From positions 1 through 64,000 of the forward strand of contig CAVWWD010000008.1 in the NCBI GenBank assembly GCA_963758635.1: a stretch of 64,000 nucleotides of DNA, in the 5' to 3' direction. Position 1 is the first letter of the stretch, and every line of letters starts with the position of its first letter. The stretch comes from an uncultured Candidatus Rokubacteria bacterium. Lineage in GTDB: Bacteria > Methylomirabilota > Methylomirabilia > Rokubacteriales > CSP1-6. The notes under the pieces were generated by a model. The model did not search any database. It had not been told where the DNA came from and worked only from the letters and a program-made list of their open reading frames with translations. This document shows, piece after piece, positions 1 through 8,746 of the stretch. A program made the position numbers and the translations under genes.

Positions 1-125
1 CGGCCACCGCGGCCAGCGCCCGGGTTTCCTCGAAGAGCACCAGCACGGTCTTGGGCGCGACGGTCTCGTCCGCGAGCGCGACCGCGGGAAGGACGAGCAG
101 CAGCAGGAAGCAGGGGGCGTGGCCC
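1..125 (-). pseudogene. 5' part of an exported or sensor-domain protein, truncated by the window edge; no start codon found
   Basis: Minus strand reads [37 protein letters not shown] (signal peptide, then a periplasmic-sensor-like start); an in-frame stop lies upstream. Confidence 0.35.
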
Positions 126-139
126 GTGGTCTTCCGAGT

Positions 140-352
140 TGCGAGCCTCGGGAAGACTGAAGGAAAAGGTCATCCCCCCGTCGTCGCGGTTGCGCCGAGC
201 TTCCAGGGAGCCGCCGTGGGACGCCACGATGGTCTGGCAGATGGACAATCCGAGGCCGATGCCGGTGGGCTTGGTCGTGAAGAAAGGCTGAAGCCCCAGG
301 ATCGCCCCGACGTAGTAGCCCACACCCACGAACAGCACCGTGATCACGATGA
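140..352 (-). pseudogene. Histidine kinase remnant: MASE1-like first TM helix joined directly to the HATPase_c C-terminus
   Basis: Minus strand reads [68 protein letters not shown] (F and G2 boxes); in-frame TAG upstream. Confidence 0.65.
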
Positions 353-493
353 GTTCTAGGATCGTTGAGTCCTAAGCGCTGATACATCCGCACCAGGCCG
401 CATTGCTCTGCGCTGGCGCGACCGGCACGAACGCTCTAGTGGCTTACCGGTCTTTGATCGAGCCACGGCATCCGTACGACGTGGCCCTCGTAG

Positions 494-730
494 CTATCGG
501 GCGGCCGGAACAGGCATGATGGCAAAACCGATCGCGATCCCCAGGGCAAGGATCACGGCGGCCAGAATGATGGCAACCGAGGTGTTACCTTTTCTGATCT
601 CCTCCCACTCATCGATGGGAGTTAGCCAGTCAAAAACTTTCAATAGAATCGCCAGGCCACAGGCCATCGATACGGCACCAACAACGCCCCATCCTATGGC
701 GATCAAATAATCTACCCATATACGCGCCAT
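494..730 (-). CDS. DUF350 family small membrane protein
   Basis: 78 aa with two hydrophobic segments around FDWLTPIDEWEEIRKGNTSVAIILAAVI. Confidence 0.8.
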   Translation of the reverse strand: MARIWVDYLIAIGWGVVGAVSMACGLAILLKVFDWLTPIDEWEEIRKGNTSVAIILAAVILALGIAIGFAIMPVPAAR

Positions 731-937
731 TCGCTCCCCCTTTTCATACAGAGGTGCACTTTACTCAGCCGTCCCGCCCGATCTCCCTTCCTCACGGCGC
801 GATGATAGCGCGCCGGTCGGTGGCGGAGTACTCCTAGATCATTCAGTTCTAGAGACGCCCCACCCGCGCGCTGCGGCGCCGTGACCATGCCGGTCTGCGC
901 GTCGCGCCCGGCCGGTCCGCGTGACCGCCGGGATCCG

Positions 938-1719
938 TCAGCGCGGGGTCGGGGCTCCGCGCAGGTCCTGCTGCAGGCGGTCCATGCTCGACTGTGACAC
1001 GCGGATCAGGCCCGTCCGCGGGCTGTCGAGGTCCGCGATGAATCCCATGGCGACGGCGATCATGACCGGGAGATGAGCATGGCGAGCCAGTAGCGCCGGC
1101 GCACCGTGGCGCCGACGACGATGCATGCCAGCGTCGCGATCAGGACGAGCATGATCCACACCGGGAGCGGGACGCGGTTCTCGAGCGCGGCCAGCCGCTT
1201 CTCGCTGAGATCGATGGTCCCGTTCGACGATTGGAGGAAGAGCGACGTGATCGGATCGCGCGCCTCCCGCGCGAGCGCGACGCTATGTCGCCAGAGCTGG
1301 TCCTGCAGCTCCTTCGTGCGGAGGACGGCGCGCTGGAGCCTGGCGTCGTCGTACGCCGACCGCCCGTACTCCAGACGGACGTCCACGTACTCCCGCAGGA
1401 TGGCGCGGATCGGCTCGGAGAACGCCGGCGGCAGCATCCGGGCGCGGAGGTCGGTGGTGCCGACGGAGTTCGCCTCGTCGACCATGAGCTCCCGGCGCAC
1501 GTTGAAACGGTCCACCGCCATGGGGAGCGTGAAGGCGATGAGGAGGCTCAGCAGGAGGCCCACCGCCGCCGCGGCGGCGGCGACGATCTGCTCGTGGACC
1601 CGGTCGTCAGTGTCTGCCGTGGTGCGCCGCCGGAGCCAGTAGCCGGCGTGCGACATCCCGGTCATCAGCACGACCACGAGGGCGAAGAAGGTCCACGGAT
1701 GGTCGATCTGGTAGTTCAT
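938..1719 (-). CDS. DUF4239/bestrophin-like membrane protein (frameshift near 1070)
   Basis: GLLLSLLIAFTLPMAVDRFNVRRELMVDEANSVGT motif; the C-terminal IADLDSPRTGLIRVSQ continues in ORF 938..1159. Confidence 0.75.
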
Positions 1720-1770
1720 GCGTGGGATCCCCTCATCGTGAGGGCGTCGAGGCCCGTGGGCTGGTGGCGG

Positions 1771-2220
1771 TCAAGGGACGGGCAGGCCGGGGAGCTGCGC
1801 CATGAGGATCGCGAGGGCGCGCGCCGCGTCCGCCGGCCGCAGGCCCTGGGCCGGGTGCGTCTGGACGAGGGAGGGGCGCAGCCGGCCCATGTCGAGGTGA
1901 TCGTCGATGATCACGTAGCCGGCCACGGGATGCGCGTCGAGCCAGGCCGCGATCTCGTCGCCGCGCTCGGCCCCGGGCGGGCCCGCCGGTGTCTTGTCGA
2001 CGACGCGGCCGGTGAGCCCCTCCGCGCGCAGCAGCTCGTGCAGCTCGGCGACGGTCTTGCCGTGCCGGTGCGTGGACGACACGACCACGTCGGCGCCCGA
2101 GGCGGCGACGATCTCGTTCAGCACGTCCATGCACGCGGGCTCGATGTCGCCGTAGCGGTCCCAGCGCCGGATCGGCGCCAGCACGCCGTCGATGTCGAGG
2201 AAGATCACCCGTCGCGTCAT
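1771..2220 (-). CDS. HAD-superfamily phosphatase, HAD_SAK_2 (Swiss Army Knife RNA repair-like) family
   Basis: Motif I FLDIDGVL, motif II VVSSTHR, RGDEI, motif IV YVIIDD. Confidence 0.85.
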   Translation of the reverse strand: MTRRVIFLDIDGVLAPIRRWDRYGDIEPACMDVLNEIVAASGADVVVSSTHRHGKTVAELHELLRAEGLTGRVVDKTPAGPPGAERGDEIAAWLDAHPVAGYVIIDDHLDMGRLRPSLVQTHPAQGLRPADAARALAILMAQLPGLPVP

Positions 2221-2250
2221 GGTCCCGAGCGCGGATGATACGCGAAGCTG

Positions 2251-2787
2251 CTATGCCTTCGCCTTCTCGCACACCTCGCAGAACGGAGTGCCGTTCCGGC
2301 CGGCTTTCTCGAGCACGGCCGCCTGTTGAATGGCGTCGACCGTCTCGAGCGTGTCGCTCGCGGGCGCCGGGGGGGCCGGCGCCGGCGCCGGCCGCGGCAG
2401 ATACTCGGACGGAGTCAACCCGGTGGCCATCGGCCGGGGCCCCGGGGTCCCGCCGCGGCGATCGGGCACCGACACGAGCAGACACACCTCTCGCCGCTCC
2501 ACCATCGCGGCGACACGCTGCACGATCTGTTCGTCGCTCAACCGCGCGGCCATGATGTCATCCACGCCGGCCGCGCGCCGCAGCGTCGCGATCGCCCCCC
2601 CACGGGACAGGTATCCGCGCAACCGATACGCCATTGCGCCCCGGGCCTCGATGCCCAGGCAGCGGAGGCTACCGACGCCACCGCGGGGGACGGCGCCGCC
2701 GGCCGTCTGGAGCGGACACCGGCCGGCGGGCTCGCCGCAGCGGCGAAGCTCCACGATGTGGAATGGGTCGGACGGCAACAAACTCAC
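2251..2787 (-). CDS. Hypothetical protein with C-terminal QAAVLEKAGRNGTPFCEVCEK motif (contractile-injection-locus associated)
   Basis: GTG start overlaps the DUF4123 stop (GTGA); Pro-rich linker, then a PFCExC tail recalled from VgrG/PAAR-linked proteins. Confidence 0.55.
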   Translation of the reverse strand: MSLLPSDPFHIVELRRCGEPAGRCPLQTAGGAVPRGGVGSLRCLGIEARGAMAYRLRGYLSRGGAIATLRRAAGVDDIMAARLSDEQIVQRVAAMVERREVCLLVSVPDRRGGTPGPRPMATGLTPSEYLPRPAPAPAPPAPASDTLETVDAIQQAAVLEKAGRNGTPFCEVCEKAKA

Positions 2788-3347
2788 GGAACTGAGACGC
2801 CCGCCTTCGGCGCGGGTAACGGCCGCGTCTGGCTCACGAGGCGGGTCCCGTCGAACCGGAACTCGATCAAGGTCTCCCCCCCGGGCCCCTCGGTCAGGTA
2901 GCTCACGACCGGCCCGAAGACCTGCGCCAGCTCGTCGCGGCGGCACGTCGGCAGGTACACGCGGAGCACCCGCGGGTCGTAGAAGCGAAAGAGCAGCTCG
3001 CGCCCTTCCTCGTCACGCACCTTGAGGAATCGGCGCAGGTGCCGGCGCAGCCCCGTCGAGTCGTGGATCTTGACGAACACGCCCCAGCTGCGACCCCAGC
3101 CCTCGTCGAGTAACCGATCCACCAGGGGGTGGCGGGGCAACAGCTCGACCATGTGGGGCGCGGCCAGCTCCAGACGGCGTGGCAGGCGGCCGCTGTACAG
3201 GCAGAGGAACTCGAGCCTCGATTGGAACAGCGCCTGATAGATCCGGGAGTCGCGTGCCAGATCCAGCAACGCCCAGACGCTCGGGGGATTGCGGACGTCC
3301 GACGGCCACAGCGCCGCTGTGATGCTGTCTCGTGTCCTGGTGTCCAT
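2784..3347 (-). CDS. DUF4123 domain protein (T6SS effector adaptor/chaperone, Tec/Tap-1 type)
   Basis: WALLDLAR...CLYSG...AAPHMVEL...WGRSWGVF...LRRHLRRFLKV...LLFRFYDPRVLRVYLP. Confidence 0.9.
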   Translation of the reverse strand: MDTRTRDSITAALWPSDVRNPPSVWALLDLARDSRIYQALFQSRLEFLCLYSGRLPRRLELAAPHMVELLPRHPLVDRLLDEGWGRSWGVFVKIHDSTGLRRHLRRFLKVRDEEGRELLFRFYDPRVLRVYLPTCRRDELAQVFGPVVSYLTEGPGGETLIEFRFDGTRLVSQTRPLPAPKAGVSVP

Positions 3348-3441
3348 CTGAGATCAGTCCGCCCCCTGCGCGCCCGCCGCGGCCAAGTGGTGCGCATCCT
3401 AAGCGAGCACCCCTGTTGTGGTCAACCGCCGCCGGCATCGA

Positions 3442-3600
3442 TGTTGGTGACAAGTGAAATGTCCGCTTGGTCTTGACACGTGATCTGTCCGGCCAAGGGA
3501 GTCGTCGCCCGGGTCCCACGGTCACGAGGGCGGCAGCCGTGGGGCGAGGATGCCGAACGCGCTGGGGCTCGACCCCCACCTGTGCGGGCTGCGCGCGCGC
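3442..3600 (-). mobile_element. IS1202/ISNCY-like element right-end remnant
   Basis: TGT terminus followed by two subterminal repeats (caagtgaaatgtccgct, cacgtgatctgtccggc) that match the end at 8199. Confidence 0.55.
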
Positions 3601-3608
3601 CCGTCCGT

Positions 3609-4288
3609 TCAGCGGGATTCCCCTGGCACCAGCCAGGGCTCGGGAGGCGGGTCGGCAGACTCGCGCTCGACCTCGCTGGTGCGGTCGCGGTATTTCAGCA
3701 CAGAGTACTTCACCCCTGCGCCGTCGGTGACGACGAGGAGCGTCTCGGGCCAGTTCCGCGCGAAGGGCAGCTCGCGATAGACGAGCAGCAAACCGCCAAA
3801 GGACCGCTGCGTCCACGTGGCCAGATCGGGTTTCTCGGGCATACGCAGCAGCTCCGCCGCCAGCTCGGCGGCGGCCTCCACGACCGGCCGGTCGAGGCGG
3901 CTGGGGGGGCTGGCCTGCAGCCGGGTGAGCAGGTGCACACGGCGCCGTGTCACCACAGCCTGGAGCGCCCGGCCGTGGATCGCCCACGCGCCGATGCACG
4001 CGTCCTCGCCATCGAGCGCCCTGGGCACGGCGAACAGGTGATCGGACAGCGGATCGGGCAGCCACCGCGGCTGGCACACGGTGCGTAGCCAGTCGACGAC
4101 GGTGGCCAGGGGCGCTGGACGGTCGCGTGCGGCAGCGCGCGCCGCTGGAGCGCCTCCGCGTCGGGGAGGACGAGGCCCTCCCCCACCGTCCTGCCCATCC
4201 GCGTGCGGGCCTCGCCCGGGGAGAGGCGGAGCACGGGCGCGAGCAGGCGCTGCAGCTGTGCCGTGTCGAGCGGGGGTCTGGACGCCAT
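3609..4288 (-). CDS. Hypothetical protein, candidate immunity protein (frameshift near 4080)
   Basis: ORFs 3950..4288 and 3609..4079 join into one ~225-aa protein directly downstream of the candidate toxin. Confidence 0.5.
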
Positions 4289-4308
4289 GCGGTCGTCGCG
4301 CTTCCGCG

Positions 4309-5748
4309 CTACACCGTGGGGACCTGCTTGCCGTTGTCGCGGATCTTCACGTAGTCACCGATGTCGTAGTGCGTACCGTCCACGTCCCACGCGTGATAAT
4401 CGTCGGTGACAGTGTTCTTGGCGATCCAGGCCTGGAAGCGCTTGCCGAACCCCGAACGGCTGGTCCCGCTCCACCAGCGCAGCAGCTCGGCAGCGGAGTT
4501 GAAGCCCTTGTTGGCCCGGAAGCTCGGAGGGTTCGCGCTCGTGTTGTAGCCGCCGGTGAGGAACTTGCCGGTCGGGGTCAGCATGCACGCCTCGAAGTTC
4601 TCCCAAGCCGTGCCCGGCTCCATGAGCTTCAGGGTGGCGACGTAGGTGCGCGGGCCGTCCTTCAGGGAGAACGTCTGCATCTTCGACGAGTCGAAGTTGC
4701 CGAGGCAGTAGTAGTCGGTGTCCACGAACGTCGCCGTGGAGCCGTCCGGAAGGCGCTTCGTGTGGGGGAACACCCAGGTGCGACGCGCGAACAGGCCGAT
4801 CGCGGCCAGCATCGTCTTCGCGATCTGCACGTGCCCGATGCACGAGCAATCATTCCACGTCGCCGAGTTCCGCACCAGCGCCAGCCACTGGTCGATCACG
4901 GGCAACGGGGTGCCCGTGGCGGTGCCGTCGGTGGTCATGTGCTCGTCGTGCCCGGCGTCGAAGTACGGCGGCGCCCCCGGCGTGTCGTTGAGGCCCTTGT
5001 GCAGGTTCCAGTAGAGGTCCACGAGATTCGCCGTCGACGTCACGACATGGCGCAGGTCCTTGCCGCCCACGAGCGTCATGAGATGGTCTAAGCGCTTCTG
5101 GGTGCCGGTCAGGGTGCCGTCGTCCCAGGGGAGCACCAGCCCGGTGGCCGCCGCCACTGCGGAATCGAACTCCGGGTCGAGGGGCGGCCCGTACACCGCG
5201 TAGATCCGGTGGCGGCTGCGCTGCGGCCCCTTGAAGCGCACCGCGGCGCCGGTCATCTTCCAGTTCAGGACGAGGGCGTAGCGGCCGACTTCGTCGGGCA
5301 TGGCCCCCGTGGTCTGGATGTTCACCCAGAGCTCGGCGGCATTCGCCGGATAGGTGAAGCTGGCACTGCCCGGCTTGAGGTGCGTGGTCGAGCCGTCCAG
5401 GGTAGGAGTGACCTTCAGGGTGCCCTTCACATCCTTCTTCGTCTTCGCGACGAGCTTGACGGCCATGGCCACGGGTTCCTTGCGCGTGAAGCAGGCGCGC
5501 AGGTTGTTCTTGCGCCCGTCCACCCACTCCGGGGCGGTGATCTTGGATCCCCGGGCCCAGAATTGCAGATCGCCGGGCGCGTCGGGGTGGGTGTTGGAGT
5601 TGAAGTAGATGTAGCGGACCTCGGTGCTGCCGTGCTTGGTGGTGGCGAAGTGGATCTCGGTGACCTTGATCGGCGTCCGTCGCACCGAGACCACGGGGGC
5701 GGCGCCACCGTGTGCACCCTTCAGGGGCTTGCCCACCTTGAAGGTCAT
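4309..5748 (-). CDS. Transglutaminase-like/papain-fold protein, candidate secreted effector
   Basis: 479 aa; SCIGHVQIAKTMLAAIGLFAR has the C-x14-G-x2-AR spacing of transglutaminase-like cores; YHAWDVDGTHYD near the C-terminus; start overlaps the upstream stop (ATGA). Confidence 0.6.
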   Translation of the reverse strand: MTFKVGKPLKGAHGGAAPVVSVRRTPIKVTEIHFATTKHGSTEVRYIYFNSNTHPDAPGDLQFWARGSKITAPEWVDGRKNNLRACFTRKEPVAMAVKLVAKTKKDVKGTLKVTPTLDGSTTHLKPGSASFTYPANAAELWVNIQTTGAMPDEVGRYALVLNWKMTGAAVRFKGPQRSRHRIYAVYGPPLDPEFDSAVAAATGLVLPWDDGTLTGTQKRLDHLMTLVGGKDLRHVVTSTANLVDLYWNLHKGLNDTPGAPPYFDAGHDEHMTTDGTATGTPLPVIDQWLALVRNSATWNDCSCIGHVQIAKTMLAAIGLFARRTWVFPHTKRLPDGSTATFVDTDYYCLGNFDSSKMQTFSLKDGPRTYVATLKLMEPGTAWENFEACMLTPTGKFLTGGYNTSANPPSFRANKGFNSAAELLRWWSGTSRSGFGKRFQAWIAKNTVTDDYHAWDVDGTHYDIGDYVKIRDNGKQVPTV

Positions 5749-7161
5749 GCCGCGGCGCCCGCCTGGAGGTCGTCCTGCTCGTCGGGGTCGTCGGGGTAGG
5801 GGTCGTCCTCGCCGGGGGCGGCGACCTCCTCCGTGTCCTCCTCGTCGGGAGCGGCCGGGGACAGCCCGGCCAGCTCGTCGTATGGCACGTTCGAGAAGAG
5901 CACGACGGACGGCTCGCCCTCGCCGGGGAAGGCCTCGAGGGTATAGCGCGCGTCCCGGCGCAGTCCCGAGTACCGGAGGTCCAGGCTATCGTCGCCGGGC
6001 ACGTGGTCGTCACGGACCGTCTTGGTCGACCGGTAGCCCCAGTCGGGGCTGGTCAGGACGAAGCGATCATCGTGGGTCGTCGCATCGTCGGGATCGATGT
6101 CGACACGCACCCACAGCCGCAGCCCGGGGACGGGCGTGACCCGGAAGGTGTGGGTCTGCTCGGTGGCCAGCCCGTCCTGGGACCACTTTCGAAAGAGGGC
6201 CACGATGCCCGGGTTGTCGGCGTCGGCGAAGCGGTAGTTGCCACCCGGCGTCCGCTGGGTGCATCCCACGTCGTCGCGCAGGTGCTCGTTGATCTCGGGC
6301 GGAGACGAGGTGCCCCAGTTGAACTCGGCGAGCCGCTGCCAGGTGATCCCGCATCGCCCGGCCAGCGACTCGAGGCTCTCTCCCGACCGCACCTTGTGCA
6401 GCTCGATCCGCGCGATGTGGGGCCCGATCGCCGTCAATGGGTGCGGCGGTGGGAGCGCCGGTGGTGGGCGGGCTTGCCCCACCCGCACCCCCCGAACCGG
6501 GCGGCCCCGATGGGGAGGCCGCCGACGGGCCACCGCTTCCGCCGCCTCCCCCCCCGGGCGCTCCCGACGGAGATCCCGGCGAGGAGCCACCGCTAGCTCC
6601 GCCCGCGGGCGCCGCCGCGCTGCCCGCGCCCCCGGTACCCGGCGCACCCGATGAAGGCCCCGTCGCAGGACCGCCGCCCGCGCCGCCCCCGGAGGGCGGG
6701 GGTACGACGAGCCCTCCCAGGTTGTAGGTGGTCGGCAGGGTGGCTCCGGTGAGGTCGCTGGTCACCGAGCAGGTCCCGGGCTCGATGCCGTCGATCTCCA
6801 CCATGCCCTTGGCGTTCGTGGTGTGTGGCCCCACGGAGCCATCGGGCAGGGTGATGGTGAGCGGGATCCCCTGGATGGGGCGATCCGACTCGTCGTCGAT
6901 GACGCAAAACTTCACCCAACTCTTCCGGCACGGCTCGGTCACTCCGCCGGCTGGCGTGCCGGAGCCAGCGGGAGACTCGGTCTCGCCGCCGCTGGCGACG
7001 TAGAGGTCCGCCCATTCCCGTCGCAGGGAAGCCTGCTGCGGATCCTCGGGGTCGAGCGGCTGGCGCACCCCGTCCCGCACCAGCTCGGGATGGTTCGCGT
7101 AGAACTGGTCGGCGGCGGCGGCCGTCGCTGTCCGATCCAGGGGCCGCCTGAGCCGGCTCAC
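5745..7161 (-). CDS. Modular LysM-domain protein with carboxypeptidase-regulatory/transthyretin-like domain and Gly/Pro linker (frameshift within ~6440-6700)
   Basis: WVKFCVIDDESDRPIQGIPLTITLPDG...TTNAKGMVEIDGIEPGTCSV, G/P/S linker, then LysM HKVRSGESLESLAGRCGITWQRLAEFN in the next frame; acidic tail; GTG start overlaps the upstream TGA. Confidence 0.65.
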
Positions 7162-7517
7162 CGGGCGGCCCAGCCGGCGACGAGATCGTAGCTGTCGAGG
7201 CGGTCCATCTTCTCGGTCCCGCTGAGGTCCGACCTCCGCAAGACCTCGCCCGCCCATGGTATCCGCGGGTCACTGTCGAAGCTTCGCCCGTACATGGCAA
7301 CGAACTCCAGGAATCGCCCCACGTCGTATTCCGACTGCACCCCGTACGCCTCCGCTCGGCCGATGCCGTGCTGGATCAGCGCCCGCAGACCGTCCGCGTC
7401 GAGGTCACGACAGGCCGCGGGGAAGCGGTTGCGCAGGTGCAGGCCGAGGCGCTGCTCGAGCTGGAGCCGGGCCCAACCCTCCAGCGCTTCGATCTGCGCT
7501 CGCCGGATGATCAGCAT
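7158..7517 (-). CDS. Hypothetical helical protein of the type found next to, or fused behind, DUF4123
   Basis: MLIIRRAQIEAL...LGLHLRNRFP...GIGRAEAYGVQSEYDVGRFL...GRSFDSDPRIPWA. Confidence 0.7.
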   Translation of the reverse strand: MLIIRRAQIEALEGWARLQLEQRLGLHLRNRFPAACRDLDADGLRALIQHGIGRAEAYGVQSEYDVGRFLEFVAMYGRSFDSDPRIPWAGEVLRRSDLSGTEKMDRLDSYDLVAGWAAR

Positions 7518-7674
7518 GAGGTGAGTCGACCGCTCCGCTCAGACGCGCTGCAGCTACCTCTGGAACACACCGGCGTGCACGAAGGCCGCGGCGGCGCCGT
7601 TGAGCCAGAGGTCCTCTCTGCGGAAGCACACGTCATCGGTGGGCTCGTCCACGGCCGGCACGCTGTGCACGACC

Positions 7675-7948
7675 AGCCCGGCACGCTCGGCCCGGAGAGC
7701 GGGAACGGCCTGCTGGCCTCCTGCTCCACCTCGTCTCACCTCACGAGCCCCTTCCCGACGCAGAGCGTGGCGAGGCCGGCCAGGGAACGCTCGTAGTAGC
7801 CCGCTGTGAGGGAGTGGCGCGGCTTCACGGCCAGCGCCGGCAGCGCGTTTACGCGCTTCTCCCACGAAGAGTGGAAGACCGTAGCCTTCGGCGAGTGGCG
7901 GATCTGCCCGAATCACTGCCGGCCGCCCAGATCGTGCATGCCGTCCAA
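7675..7948 (-). pseudogene. nthB: Nitrile hydratase beta subunit remnant
   Basis: Reads LDGMHDLGGRQ*FGQIRHSPKATVFHSSWEKRVNAL...PRHSLTAGYYERSLAGLATLCVGKGLVR*; HDLGG and YYER motifs present, two stops, internal deletion. Confidence 0.75.
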
Positions 7949-8198
7949 GCTCGGCGTCCGGCGGGCGAGCGACAGCGTCCTTCGATGAGGAGCGGAGCGA
8001 AGGCAACATGACCGCCTGCACGCCCTCGCTCCCCCTTCCCCGCGCCCCCGTTCCCAGGCCTTCACGCCCCAGCCCCGCACGCCGTGGAGCCGTAGGCACA
8101 GCGCACATGAGCCCGCAGTCTCGCCCGCCGCGCCCGCCCGGCCGTGAGCGGAATGCTAGGCGCGCACCGCGCTGCCGTCAAGCGCCAAATGCCGCGTG

Positions 8199-8400
8199 TG
8201 TAGGGAGCACATGATCTGTCCGCTCCAGAGAGCAAATGAAATGTCCGCTTTTCGGGTGGGAGTCATCGACGACGCCGCCAAGCGGCTGCTCTACGCCCAG
8301 CTCTGGCCGGCCGAGAGCACCCTGGCCGTCTGAACGCGTTGCACGGCGTCTTCCAAACGTACGGTCTGCCGATCGCCCTGTACACCAACCGCGCCGGGGG
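8199..8400 (+). mobile_element. IS1202/ISNCY-like left end plus internal transposase fragment
   Basis: TGTAGGGAGCACATGATCTGTCCGCT..GAGCAAATGAAATGTCCGCT end, then VIDDAAKRLLYAQLWPAESTLAV* and HGVFQTYGLPIALYTNRAG (integrase core, disrupted). Confidence 0.7.
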
Positions 8401-8566
8401 CTCCCCGACGAGTTTGATGCCACGGCGTAGGCGACCGAGCCGGGGCCGGCGCATGGCGCGTCGCTCGTCGCGGTGGGCCCGGCGTCGTAGGCGGCCCAAC
8501 TGGGCGAGGGCCCGGTCCTCCAGACGGCTCAACAGGCGCACCACCCGCCGCGCCTCCTGGCCATTT

Positions 8567-8702
8567 GGCATAATCGAGCGCCATGCTCGAGATGGCTGGA
8601 GTCGTCAAGGGCTTCGGGAGCCTGCGCGCCGTCGACGGGATTGACCTCGCCATCGACGCGGGAACGATCACCGGGCTCATCGGCCCCAACGGCGCCGGAA
8701 AG
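8567..8702 (+). repeat. Truncated diverged copy of the 5' end of the ABC ATPase gene at 14217-14352
   Basis: ggcataatcgagcgccatgctcgagatg...ggcgccggaaag aligns directly with 14217-14352; differences are mostly synonymous. Confidence 0.9.
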
Positions 8703-8746
8703 CGGCTAGGGTCGATCTCCGGAGGACGCCCATCGCCACCGATCGC

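Noticed and set aside
3442..8260. Composite transposon carrying the effector operon
   Set aside because: Both IS ends face the same direction and do not enclose the cluster
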